From positions 257,052,001-257,116,000 of the forward strand of contig OZ024742.1 of NCBI GenBank assembly GCA_964016885.1: 64,000 nt of DNA, written 5' to 3'. The notes beneath the pieces are model-generated. The model was not told the origin of the DNA. It made no database searches and saw only the letters and a list, made by a program, of their open reading frames with translations. A program made the position numbers and the translations under genes. Source of the DNA: Eledone cirrhosa. Taxonomy: Eukaryota. Positions 27,374 to 42,581 of this stretch are shown here, in pieces; positions within the stretch are counted from its first letter, which is position 1, and the number at the start of each line of letters is the position of its first letter.

Positions 27374-30300
27374 TATATATATATATATATTGAGACAGCG
27401 AGGGAGACAGAGAGAAAGAAGAAGGGGACAGAGAGGGAAAGAAAGACAGAGAGTGAGGCGGATAGAGGAGGATAAAGTTGACACAAAAAGATTATGGGGC
27501 AAACAGTTAAAAGGTGATGCTTTATAAAATATGCAACCATCTTAAGTGCAAACGTTTTACCATATTTATAAAATCCTGTTAGCTGAATCTGTACATTTCC
27601 TACGATTGTTCGAAATTAATCACTTTAGAATGCAATACAACCCCGCTTGTTTCATCGATGAATCTTCTCTCTGTTCGATGAATAGGAACAACCAGCTCAT
27701 AAAATGTATCTGTAAGTCGGTGATAATTTGTCAGTTGCGCGTTAGCATTTAGTAATTCTAACAGAGGTTCAGACTGACACTTTTTGACATGCACGGATTT
27801 TCAATTACAGCTACATTCTTTTTATTTTCTGATGGATTACAGAACAGTTTCGTCTACCTAATTTCAGCCACAAACCAGTGAGATTGAAACATACACCTTA
27901 TCGTTGCGAAGCAAATTTCTCAACCCCTCGGCCAATGCTTTTCGGATTGAATGTCTAGCGTTTCATTTAGAACTGAATCCAAGAAGAAAATGAGAATAAA
28001 CGCTGTGAAATTAGTCTTAAACGCAATATTGCAAAATATTAGAAATTTAAATTGAATTCAACATCCTTGAGCTATACGCAACTAAGTGGAATCTTTTGGG
28101 GGAAATCTCGAAGTACATATTAGGTATTACTGAAGAATATGGAAAGTCGGTCTAATTAGTTACATGAAAGTAGATCGAATTAGTTACATTTCCAATTTCC
28201 CTTGCGCCTTTAGTTAGCAAAACTGCATTTGATTACTATTTCTAGTAGACTAAGGAAAATTAACTGCACAGTTTACCCGGTAACTTGTCAATGTAACGAT
28301 AGTTAATCTGAAATGGTGTTAGTAGTTGAAAGGTTTCTGCTTCCATTATAATTTTGAAAAAGTTAGTATGCGCTATGCTTTTTCAGTTTTACTGAAGCAA
28401 AACCTGTATGTATTAGAAAGTGGAAAATTGCAAGAAACTTTAGAATTAAGCATTCATTTAATACTTAATGTGAACATATATCACCATTTATACATATTCA
28501 GTATGATATGACCAGGATCAATTTAAAGTTTTCCAGGAGACATGAGTCCGCTTAGAAATGAGCATATCTCCGTTCCATTGATGATTAGTGAGGAAGACTA
28601 CGTACCTCGGCTCTAGAACGAGGAAGTATCTCCATTGCAAGGTTAACCTCCATCTGCTGCCACTATATTTATTCAACTGAGTGAAATGAATCAACATAAA
28701 TTGAAGTATCATGAATTCGGGCACAACACTTCAACCTGTTTGTGTATAGAAACTACGGGAATATGATTTTGGGAGCGACAACAAAAAATGAAGTACTTTT
28801 TTTGAGACCACAGACTAAAATACAGCGTGTCTAAATATGATATTTTACATGAACATCTTATATGGTGTATTTTGATGAGTGCCAGAATATATATAAGCAT
28901 AAAGCGGACATTCACCCTGTGTTAGAGACAATTAACGCCGAGTAAATGCTGTCTTGGCCTGTACCGACAGAAACAAACATTCCTCGCAGTGAAAACCGAG
29001 TTTAAATGTGTATTACCAGGTCATGTTTTCATATATGGCTCTTTTCTGAAACAGGCCGTGTTACGACTACATATAATTAATATACACACATTCTCAAAAT
29101 ATATTTAGTACTCTCGTTTGTGTGGAAGCGATTATTATGTTATTTATCGTTAGTGTGATAACATATAAGGTCTTGGGGAAAAAGCCCAGAGTACACCATC
29201 GGATGACACTAACATTTGTGCCTTCAATACACTTATAGACCTGAATTTTGAGGACGTAGCATAACCAAATGGCTAAAGTCTTTGCTACGCAATCATTAGG
29301 TGCATGTATTGATCGTACAGCTTAACATCTTGGAAAATTACATCATTCAAAATAGACTCGAATTTACCCATGACTTGCAAATGAAATTGGCGATCGGTAA
29401 CCCTTTCATAGCCAGCCAGATTGACGGTACATATAATTCAGATGATCTGCCATGCCACACACAGTCTCACGTTGAATATCCCAGAGAACTCCGTTAAATG
29501 TACACGAGTCTGTGGAATATTCAGTCAAAATTTAATTTCACATATAAGCAGTCCTACGTCTAGTAAAACTGCAATGATCCTCGTTAAAACCAACGAAGGT
29601 CCATTAAAACTATTGTGATCTGTAATGCCAGCAAAAATTAGCTCTCAGTGTGACTTTAGATGGCAACACTAGATTTGATTTCAGAACATTTATACAACTT
29701 GAATTTTATTATTAGACGCTGCTGCTACAAAATAGCCGGAAATTAATTTGGATGGATATGAAATGAAAATCTGAAAAGAAAATAGAATGAAGCTCGTATA
29801 AATTTCTGTCAGTTAAGACAGATATATATGTTTGGCAATTTCCATTAATTGTGATTTATGTGGTATATTAACATATGATATTTATTGACATATTCAGCAC
29901 GAACGTCGTAGCAATATAAATCACTTCAAACGAAAGAGGTCGTGTAAAGACGAATTCCAAACAAATACAAGTAATAAGTTGGAATGGAATGATAGGATAA
30001 TAAAACAACATTAGTTATGCGAATAATAGCGACTCTAACACTTTTGTTGATACTAAAATAAAAACACATCCTCTTTTGAAGCAACACTAATGAATATAAT
30101 TAGTTGATTACAGGAGTGTTGTACATGTATACTTATATATTGTGTGAGAGAGAGAGAGACTCAAGGCAATATGTGCAACGCATGTATAGAAAAAGCACTA
30201 CATAGACACACACACACACACATATACATAAGTATTCCTGCGAGAAGAGACATCCAGAGTTAGTTGTAATGGCATTGTATACACAAGTAAGCATTTACGT

Positions 30301-30380
30301 AGTTGCAGACATATATACATACACATACACACACGCATGCACACACACACACACAGACACACACACACACACATAGACAC

Positions 30381-30456
<76 letters not shown>

Positions 30457-30458
<2 letters not shown>

Positions 30459-33400
30459 TTCTAGGTCGTCCATCGTAAACGATGATGACATCTTCTTTAC
30501 TTTAGTTCCCGTCTGCCATGGGCACGAAGGTGGCTGTGCAGGCCGATCCTTGACTGCAAGTCCGGGGACAGTGGGGGCAGGGGAAGAAACCGGAGTTGAT
30601 TGGGGCAGCTGTTGATGCCTATCTCCTCCTTTCATGGGCCTCAGTGACCTCTGGTCGTCTCTTCTCTTCAAAAGAGTATTTGGGGCGTCTGGTAAGGGAT
30701 CCCAACTCAGTCCTGTCCTGAGCATGAGACTCAAGTTGTTTTGGCGCGATTCTAGTGTTGTTGATGCTGGACTTCACGCAGTCTTTGAACCTCTTGAGAG
30801 GCCTGCCCCGCTTTCGTTTTGCCAAACAGAGTTCCTCAAACATCAGTTGCTTCGGAAGCCTGTGATCGTCCATCCGGATGACATGTCCCACCCATCGAAG
30901 TTGGCTCTTCAGTATCATAGCTTCGACACTGATTGTCTCAGCCATGTCAAGAACTTCGATGTTGGAGACCTTGTCCTGCCATTTTATGTTCATGATTGAC
31001 CACAGGGTGCGCATGTGGAACCGTTCCAGCTGCTTCAGGTGCCATCTGTACAGTGTCCATGTCTCACATCCGTAGAGGAGGCTGGTGAGAACAACGGCCC
31101 TGTACACCTTCAGATTGGTGGACTGTCTGATGTTGTGCTGCTTCAGGACGCGTGTCCTCAGGCGGCCGAGGGCTTGACTGGCCTTGCAGATTCTGGCATT
31201 TATCTCCTTGCTGAGGCTTCTATCACTGCTTATGACACTGCCGAGGTACTTTAAGTCGTCCACCGTCTTTAACTGGGTGCCTCCGATGGAGATGGAAGGA
31301 GGGTGGGCGACGGAGGCAGGTGCTGGCTGGAACAGGACCTCAGTCTTGCCAAGGCTAATTGTGAGCCTCAAGAGGCTGGAGCCGTCCGCGAACTTGTTGA
31401 CGATGAGTTGGAGATCAGACTCCCTGTGGGCCATGAGGATGAACCTCTGTAGGGTCCTTGCCTTGGCCGTCAGGGGCCGCAGGTCAAACAGATAGCCGTC
31501 CAGTCTGTATCGCAGATACACTCGTGCTCGAGGTCCCTGACGGCATGATTGATCACGCGGATGAAGAAAGAACATGTTGAAGATGACGGGAGCCAGCACA
31601 CATCCTTGCTTGACTCCGTTGCTGATTCCGAACGGCTCCGAAGCCTCTCAGCCCGAGCGCACCTGCCCGGTCATGTCATGGAATTGCCGTATCAGGTTCA
31701 CAAAAGTGTCGAGCATCCAAACTTCGACAAGATCGACCAGAGCGCTTCTATGTTGACAGTGTCGAATGCCCTCGTCAAGTCTATGAAGGCGGCAAAGACA
31801 CACTTCTCCTGCACCTGGCGTACAGAGAAGATAAAGTCGATCGTGCGGTTTGGGCGAAACCCACACTAGGCCTCAGGCAGGTTGTCCTCCAAGATGTTGG
31901 CAATGAGGCGGTTGAGCATGATCCGAGCCAGGACCTTCCCAGCGATGGACAGGAAAGAAAGGCCCGATAGATGCCACACCAGGTTTGCTGCCATTGTTCT
32001 TAAAATGCGAGACAACTGTGGCATCCCTGAAGTCTTTGGACACCTCTTCTTCCCCCGATATGTTGACGGCGAGGGTGTGGAAGGGCCCCAGGGCAGCTGG
32101 ATCGGCCGTCTTGAAGATCTCAGCAGGAATCCCGTCATTCCCAGGGGCCTTTGCTGAGCTGGTCTGGTCGATTCCCTTCGTGACTTCATCCAACGTGCGA
32201 GGGTGGGTGGGGGTGTCGAGGCTGCCGACTGCGGGCTTCTGTGGGACATGGTCCAGGGCAGCAGGGTCGACAGTAGAGGGCCTGTTCAGCAGGTTACTGA
32301 TGTGCTCTCTCCACCTGGAGTGGATGCTGCTCTTCTCCTTCAGCAGGATCGAACCGTCAACAGACAGCTCGGGTGTAGTGACAGGCTTGGGGGGTCCGTA
32401 GATGTCGCCGATGGTGCTGAAGAACATCTTGGAGTTCTTTGTATCAGCGTATCTCTCAACTTCTTCGGCGTTCTTTTCCCACCACTTGTCCTGCATTCTG
32501 CGTAGCGCTGCTTGGGTCTGCCTCTGGAGGTGCTTGAAGCGGTCCCGCTTCGAGGTGGAGGAGCTGTCATTCTGCCACTCAATGAAATCCCGCTTCTTCT
32601 CGTGCAGGAGTTGTCTGATGCGCTCATCGTTTTCATCAAACCAGTCCTGGTTGACTCTCTTCCTCGGCCCGATAGTTGCATTGGCTGTCTCTGTTTGAGT
32701 CGTGCGGCGTCTAAAGCTGGCCTACAGACTTTGGGAGTCTTGCCATGCGTCGGTGTGATGTGCAGTGACAGGATGGTCCTGAAAAGGCGATGGTCGGCCC
32801 AAAACTCTGCACCACCCATGACGCAGGCGATTCTGATGTCACAGATGTCCCTCCTGCGGCATATGACAAAGTCAATCAGATGCCACTGTTTAGATCTGGG
32901 GTGCATCCATGTCGTCTTGAACTTGTCTCCCTGGCGGAACAGTGTGCTGGTGAAGGAAAGGTCGTTCTCGGCGCAGAAACTCAACAGTATGAGGCCGTTA
33001 GAGTTCAGCTTCCCTGTACCGTGAGGTCCCAGCACGCCTGTCCAGTTGCTGCTGTCAGGCCAAACTTTTGCGTTGAAGTTCCCCAATAGCATGAGTGTAT
33101 CGCTTGCGAGGACGCCCTTCACGAGTGCATTGAGTTCCGCGTAGAAAGCGTCCTTTGCTTCATCGCTGCTGGTAAGATGTGGGTCGTACGTGCTGATGAC
33201 TGTGACATGCCGAGATGAGTCGAGAGGGAAGCGGAATTTCATCAGCCGCTCACTCACAAGTGTTGGGAGGTCTGGTAGCTGTTTGCAGAGTGAAGTCATG
33301 ATGGCCAGGTCTACTCCGTGGATTATTTCCTCGACATTTGCATTGCGCTTCCAGAAGAAGGTGTGGTCTCCTTTCGGTTCTGCTACTGATCCTACTTCGG

Positions 33401-34201
33401 CAAGTCTAGTCTCGCTGAGGGCGGCTATATCGATCCGGTAGTGAGCAAATTCCTTTGCTATTAGGGCAGTTCTTCTCTCTTGCTTCAAGGAGGTTTCCAT
33501 ATCCATGAGGCTGCTCAGTTGCCCGGTGGAATGCCTGATCTCTTCTGTCATGCCGAGGTCAGGCGGAGAACGACTTGTGCATCCAGGCCGCCCACGTGTG
33601 GGTTTGAGACTGGTAACTCCCAGAGGTTACCTCGACCTCTTACCTCCACCTCTCGCCCATCGTCGCAGGGCTTTGGGAGTGAATGCTAAAGAAGAAACTT
33701 GTGCGGGAAAGGTTTACAGTGGGAGGGCCAGTGCACAGTGACGGTCCCACTCACTCAGCCGCAGAAGTCAGAAACCGGTGGTACGGAGGACCGTCACGAC
33801 CAGGGACTTCCTTGGCTGCAGTGGATCGCCACGACGTCTATAATGCCTTGCCGTGCCCTAGCGCTCCACACTGCTTGCTGTAGCCGCCTTCGTGACTGTT
33901 GGGACGATGTGGTCCTCCTCCACTCACTCCACCGTGTCCAGTCTTCGTATGCAGGGGCAGCCTCCCCTATCTAATTCACCGGAGGGGGGTTTCAGACCCG
34001 CCCGGCTACCCTCAATCTGGTTCGGCCCGCCAGCCAAGGCGGTTTACCAGAGTGTGGCCGCTGTCGTATGCTACGGCTTCTTGGGGCCACAGCTGAGAGC
34101 TGAGTGTCAGATGGGACCCACAGCAGGACGAGCTGTCCTGAAAATGGCATGGATAGCACCCTCCCCCTATAGAGGCACATGCCCCTCCCTGAAACCCCAG
34201 G
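30457..34201 (-). mobile_element. Near full-length RTE-clade LINE (APE endonuclease plus RT), frameshifted, with an internal deletion near 32690
   Basis: ERRTALIAKE..IDIAALSETR, GNFNAKV, TTWMHPRSKQWHLIDFVI, KAPGNDGIPAEIFK, LKYLGSVIS, LLYGCETWTLY, QLRWVGHVIRM. GC-rich 5' UTR to ~34201; the 3' end abuts (TA)n. Confidence 0.95.
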
Positions 34202-34453
34202 CATATACACACGTATATACATACACATACATAAGTACATGTGTATATACATATTTACACATTTTTGTAAGGCCGTTGATTCTTATCAGTTCTTCGGCCC
34301 TTTGTCAGGTTTTGTTTTTTATCCTGCAGTGTGTCTAAAATCACCTTCCACACCAAGTAAACTTGGTGGGTTTGCCAGTATAGTCACCGACGACCCGATC
34401 ATGCGACAGGTAGTACTGGTGTACATGTTACCAGTAGCACTTAAGAGTGACCT

Positions 34454-34562
<109 letters not shown>

Positions 34563-35219
34563 TTATTTATATGTGTGTGTGAGTGGATGTGTTTCTGAGA
34601 CTGTGTGTCTGCGAATCTGTGTATGACAAACTATCATCGATTTGTCGGTGTTTGAAATGATATAAAATGTAATAGTTAAATTACTGTATCACTTATTTTT
34701 ATTCTCATTTTTTTAACACAAGGGATTTCAAGCTGTAGTGTCAATTAATCTATGACATGTATGAAAATACCGTTCCACAAAAAAATATACTTCTGAATAC
34801 TTTCAATGTTCATAACAATAGTTCAGGGTTAGTAATATTGCCCTAACAATGACAGAACACTGGCGAGAAAAGAACAAACCCTCAATTCTACTTTTGAAAA
34901 GCATAAGATCTGTGAAACCGGTAAAGGATAGGAAATAAATATTCTTAAATAGAGTCCAGTTGCATTTTCGACTTCATCTTTTTTCCTTATACTTTCACTC
35001 GTGTTGGACATCTCGTTTTTCTTTTTATTTTGAAAAAAAAACCTCATTTTCTAATATATATATATATATATACATATATATAATCAAAGAGTCATTTAAT
35101 TTGCTGGTTATACAACAAATTTATTTATAACGGATTCGAAGCACACAACATAATTCTTCTGGAGTATAATATGAATAATATTAATAAATGGAAACTATCT
35201 TTATAAAACCCTATTTATT

Positions 35220-35276
35220 TTATTATATATATTTCAAGGGTACCAAACTTTTGGCTCGCCTTCATCAGATAAAATA
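35220..35276 (-). ncRNA. Type I hammerhead in the inverted pLTR of element 4
   Basis: Minus strand reads ttttat-CTGATGA-agg-cgagccaaaagtttggtac-cctt-GAAA-tata-TA-taataaaa. Confidence 0.65.
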
Positions 35277-35863
35277 CAAAAGTTGTTTTACAGATAGTGA
35301 CATATCCCAAAACAAGAACTTATCGTTTTAAATTTTGTTTGAATAGTGAAAAAGAAATTCAAATCTTAGGATGACTATGTTAATGAGGATAACGTTAAGT
35401 TGAAAACGATCATTATATTTAGAGGCTAGGTAAATTTAACTAATTATTAGGATTATTTGTTAACGGAAGAAGAGAAAGAGGTTAATAATAATATTAGGGT
35501 GGAGGAAAATTTAAGGAAAGGATATAAGAAAAAAGTATATTAGAGTTAGAAATAGACTAACATTTTTATATATAATTGTATGGATCGTAATAGTGATGGT
35601 GTACAGAGAGTGAAATAATTATATTTATTTATTTAATTATATAATTATATATTTTGGGATTATCTATAATATAATATATATAATATAAAAGAGTAGTTAT
35701 AAAATAAATATGGTTTTATAAAGATTAATTCCATTTATTAATATTATTGGTACTATACTCCAGATGAAACTGTAGAATGATTCGAATCTTTTATAAATAA
35801 ATTTGTTGAATAACCAACAAATTAAATAACTATTTGCTTACAAATAGTTATAAAGAATTAATA

Positions 35864-38048
35864 ATGGACTTTTTTAAAGATATCTTCATCTCTCAAGGAT
35901 GTACCTTTACCTACCAATAAGGAATATTTCAAACAGCTAAAATCTGATTCTTTCATAAGGAGACTCTGATGGTGCGCTTTCCATTTGGAAAAGAAATGAA
36001 AAAATAAATGAAAAAATAAATCTAAATGTAACTTTAAACTTTTATTTAAATCCAGGTAAAATCAACCTTTCAACAAACTATTAGCTTAATTTGAAAATGA
36101 AATAATTTCCATAATAAAAAATATTAAATTTAAAAGGAACCAATATAAAGGCCAGGAATACCCCAAAGCCTAAAACAAAATAGACAACTTGAAAAAAACA
36201 AAGAAGATCCTCGTAAAATCCGACAAAACTACCAATTTATACGGAATTGAAATGGATGATTATAATTTAATATTGAAAGACTTAGGAAGAATTAAAAAAG
36301 AAACTCTAATGAAGATCTATCAACCTTAAATAAAGAAGCTTGGGAAACTATTTACAAATTAGGTGGTAGTCAAAATAAGACTGAACCTTTCATACCAAGG
36401 CAACCGAATATAAAGGACCACAAAAGAAATTTCGAAGCGGAACTACCAGTCATACTTATTGCACCATCTAAATCTGATTTAGGTATAATTAGATAGCATC
36501 ATACCAGTACTTAAGCATATATAACACCTTAAACTCTGGAACGGTACAAATGAAGTAATCGATTGGTTCGCAGACATTAAATTAAAACAGAAAAAGATTA
36601 TACAAATGTATATTGCTAATTACTAGTCTTCAATTACCCCTAACTTACGTAATAAGGCTTAAAAATATACTGACTTATCTAGTGTTGAAATGAATATTAT
36701 TTTAACCGCACGTAAAACCTGATGAAATTTAATAACGATCTCTGGACTAGGGCTGATAGACAGAGCAATTTTAATATCACAATGGGATCATCTGACTCAG
36801 CGCAAGTAACAGACCTCGTTGGAATATTTATTCTTAACGTACTACATAGAAAAATGCCAGAGTATGCCGGAGGTTATATCGCGACAAAATGTTACTTATA
36901 GTTGATAATCATAGCAATAGCGAACTTAGTAGGAAAAAGTAAATTATCATAGAATTTATCAATAATTAAATGCTGAAATTAGAAATTGAGAATAATAATA
37001 ATATTGTTAACTTTTTAGATGTCACTTTAAACCTTGGCCCAGGACTATATTACCCTTTCCATAAGATTAATGAAAACCTAAACTATTTACGCTTCCATTC
37101 TAACCATCCTAGAAATGTTTAAAATGATATTGTCAATAGTGTCCAGCAACGAATTTCACGCATTTCAGCCAATTAACATATATTTGATAATAAGGCAGAA
37201 TATTAAAATGATGCCTTACATAGAGTTGGCTACATGAATAATATTAAATACTTAGATAACAACAACATAATAATAAGCAATTTAACATAAATAGTAAATC
37301 AAACAACAGAACTAGAACTAGAAATATTATTTGGTACTCTCACCCAATCTCATTAGGAGTTAAAACACCTTTTTTTCAAAGCATTACATAAGTGTTTTCC
37401 TAAATCCCATAGTTACCACACTATTTTTAACTGACATACTATAAAACTATCTTACTCTACTACTATGAACATAGCACAAAATATTAATAGAATTAATAAT
37501 AGAAACTTAAAATTAAACCCAACCCAAATAAACAAAAATAACAATAATAATATTACTAATAACAGTATCAATACTAATAATAATCGTACCGTTCATATAG
37601 TCAACAATTCCAGAAAATGTAACTGTAGAAACGAATTAAATATCCTTTTACAGAATAATTGTCTAGATACAAACTTAGTATACAAACGGGCAGTAAAAAC
37701 TAAAGATAAATTATATAACTATATAGGAGCCACTTCTACAACATTTAAGAAACCCTGGTATAATCACAAACATATTTTACTACATTGGACAAAAAATGTT
37801 CAACATCACTTTCACATATAATTTGGTACTTAAAAGACAATAATATCGACTATTCAATCGCTTGGGGGAACGATTTCGAAAGCGCCCGCATAACGGAATA
37901 TGGCTCTCTCAAGAATTTGTCATTTAGTATTGAGGAAATTTTTCATATATTTACGAATCGAAATAACTCAATAAATAAAAAGAAAGAATTATTCAATTTC
38001 TGCAAACATCTTCAATATAAGACTTTCAGAAGTCTATATAATCTATAG
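35864..38048 (+). pseudogene. PLE RT plus GIY-YIG ORF with many stops and frameshifts
   Basis: KDVPLP, KSDKTTNLY, KDHK, PSKSDLG, ITMGSSDSAQVTDLVGIFIL, VNFLDVTLNL, SNHPR, IKLSYST, CNCRNE, YIGATSTTFK, FCKH. Confidence 0.92.
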
Positions 38049-39217
38049 AACATATTATTTATAGCATCTATTTCTCACTTGTTTACATTTTATGTCTTCA
38101 CTATGCTTTGTTGATGTTTTGTGATGTTTTATTTAAAATGATAATTTTTTTAAATAATATTTTTTTAAATGATATTTTTTTAAAAATGATATTTTGAAAT
38201 ATATCATTTTTGTGATGGTTTTAATGATGTTTTTGAATATACTTTTGATGTCTGTAGTATTTCTTCCTAATAGACTATATATACATTCCAAATCCATACA
38301 TATAAATGATTAATAACATTAATCTATGGATATAATAAGGAATGCTTGCTAAATACATATATAAATAATTTTTATCTCAGAAAATGTGTGATATATGATA
38401 CTATAAAATCATATATAAAATAATATATAATTGTTTTTACATATATCTTAAATAGAATTTTTTTTAAAAGTAAATTCTAGAATTAACGGTAAATATAACT
38501 TAACTATTTTAACTAAGAAATATTGGAGTTACCTTTTCCTTTATAATGTAACACGGTTACACTCAGAAACAACTAAACTTTACACACATATTAAAATTTG
38601 TTTGTATAATTTCGTAAATGTATTCCTATCTTCTTAAAACTTATATTGAAAATGTAAACAAAAAATTCATCGTAACTGTTCACATATATAAAAGTATTTA
38701 AATTATATATCTAGTAATAACAATAACATATATACTCACCAAAATTATTTATATAAATAACCGGTTGTAATATAATAGAATAGACCCAATAGTAGTATAT
38801 CTCACTTTTAAAAATAAACATTCTACCACTTTAGCACATTTATAATTCTCATATTATATTATGGATATTCTCAAAATAAATAAATATCATTATTTCACTC
38901 TCTGTACACCATCACCAATACGATCCATGGCTGACGATCGCTGTATATGTAAACTGTACATATGCATACATGCATGCATACTCACATACACAAACAGAGA
39001 GAAACACACGCACACACGCACGCACGCACACAGACATATACGTATATATATATTCGATATAAAACTTTTTATTTTAGACCTCATGGATAAAAATATGGGA
39101 AAAAGATGTTGGAAATTGAAAATGCACTTGGTGTCTTTCAGAATAGTTATTAACAATAACATATAACTTATTGTAAATTAACCTTGTCAAGGTCTCTAAT
39201 TGCATTTTCAACTTCAT

Positions 39218-39249
<32 letters not shown>

Positions 39250-39250
<1 letters not shown>

Positions 39251-39817
39251 CTAAGAATAATGAGTTCTAAACTCAAGCAGTTCTTTACAGTGAAATAGCT
39301 CAAAGAAAGAAGTATTTCTGAGCCGTGTAATACAAGTTAATATAAATTAATATATATGACAAAACACAAATACCAACATATAAGTGTTTGTATTGTAAAT
39401 GACTAAGTTAGCTAGATTGAAAAATACTAATTATAATAATAGAGTTTGCCTGTCTCGATTTAAAATAATAAATCAATAAAAACAAACGATATTGGCAAAT
39501 GGCCGTGGTACTAGGACAAATTTAAATTTCAAAATCAAACCTGTTCCGTAGATAAGTTTAAACTTCAAAATCGTTTCGAAATGAAAAAGTGAAAAAATAT
39601 CACGTTCACTTTTCATTTCGAAAATTTAAATTTGTCCAAGTACCACGGACATTTGCCAATATCGTTTGTTTTTATTGATTTATTATTTTAAATCGAGACA
39701 GGCAAACTGTATTATTATAATTAGTATTTTCAATCTAGCTAACTTAGTCATTTACAATACAAACACTTATATGTTGGTATTTGTGTTTTATCATATATAT
39801 TAATTTATATTAACTTG

Positions 39818-39822
<5 letters not shown>
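39250..39822. repeat. Fold-back element between (TA)n tracts
   Basis: 39328-39530 is the reverse complement of 39622-39822, with an extra inner hairpin at 39575-39622. Confidence 0.9.
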
Positions 39823-39882
<60 letters not shown>

Positions 39883-39886
39883 TTCC

Positions 39887-42580
<2,694 letters not shown>

Positions 42581-42581
<1 letters not shown>

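Larger units (their letters stand above)
35090..38900 (+). mobile_element. Naiad-type element 4, old, 5'-complete, with inverted 5' pLTR
   Basis: 35095-35225 is the approximate reverse complement of 35698-35828. 35200-35580 is inverted relative to 47425-47800. The 3' boundary is uncertain. Confidence 0.8.

Noticed and set aside
28600-28690. Possible short minus-strand exon with cadherin-like IVAADGG
   Set aside because: A stop follows immediately in that frame and there are no supporting neighbouring exons.
28911-29010. piggyBac-like C-terminal remnant (FHCEEC) near an AGGG-TGAA end
   Set aside because: Too short and frameshifted; no transposase body or matching terminus found.
35960-37440. 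In-frame TGA codons as possible selenocysteine, which has been reported for some Naiads
   Set aside because: The TGAs at ~35967 and ~37432 align to Arg (CGA to TGA decay), not Cys. The Cys motifs I read in elements 2, 5 and 6 use TGY codons, and no SECIS was identified.
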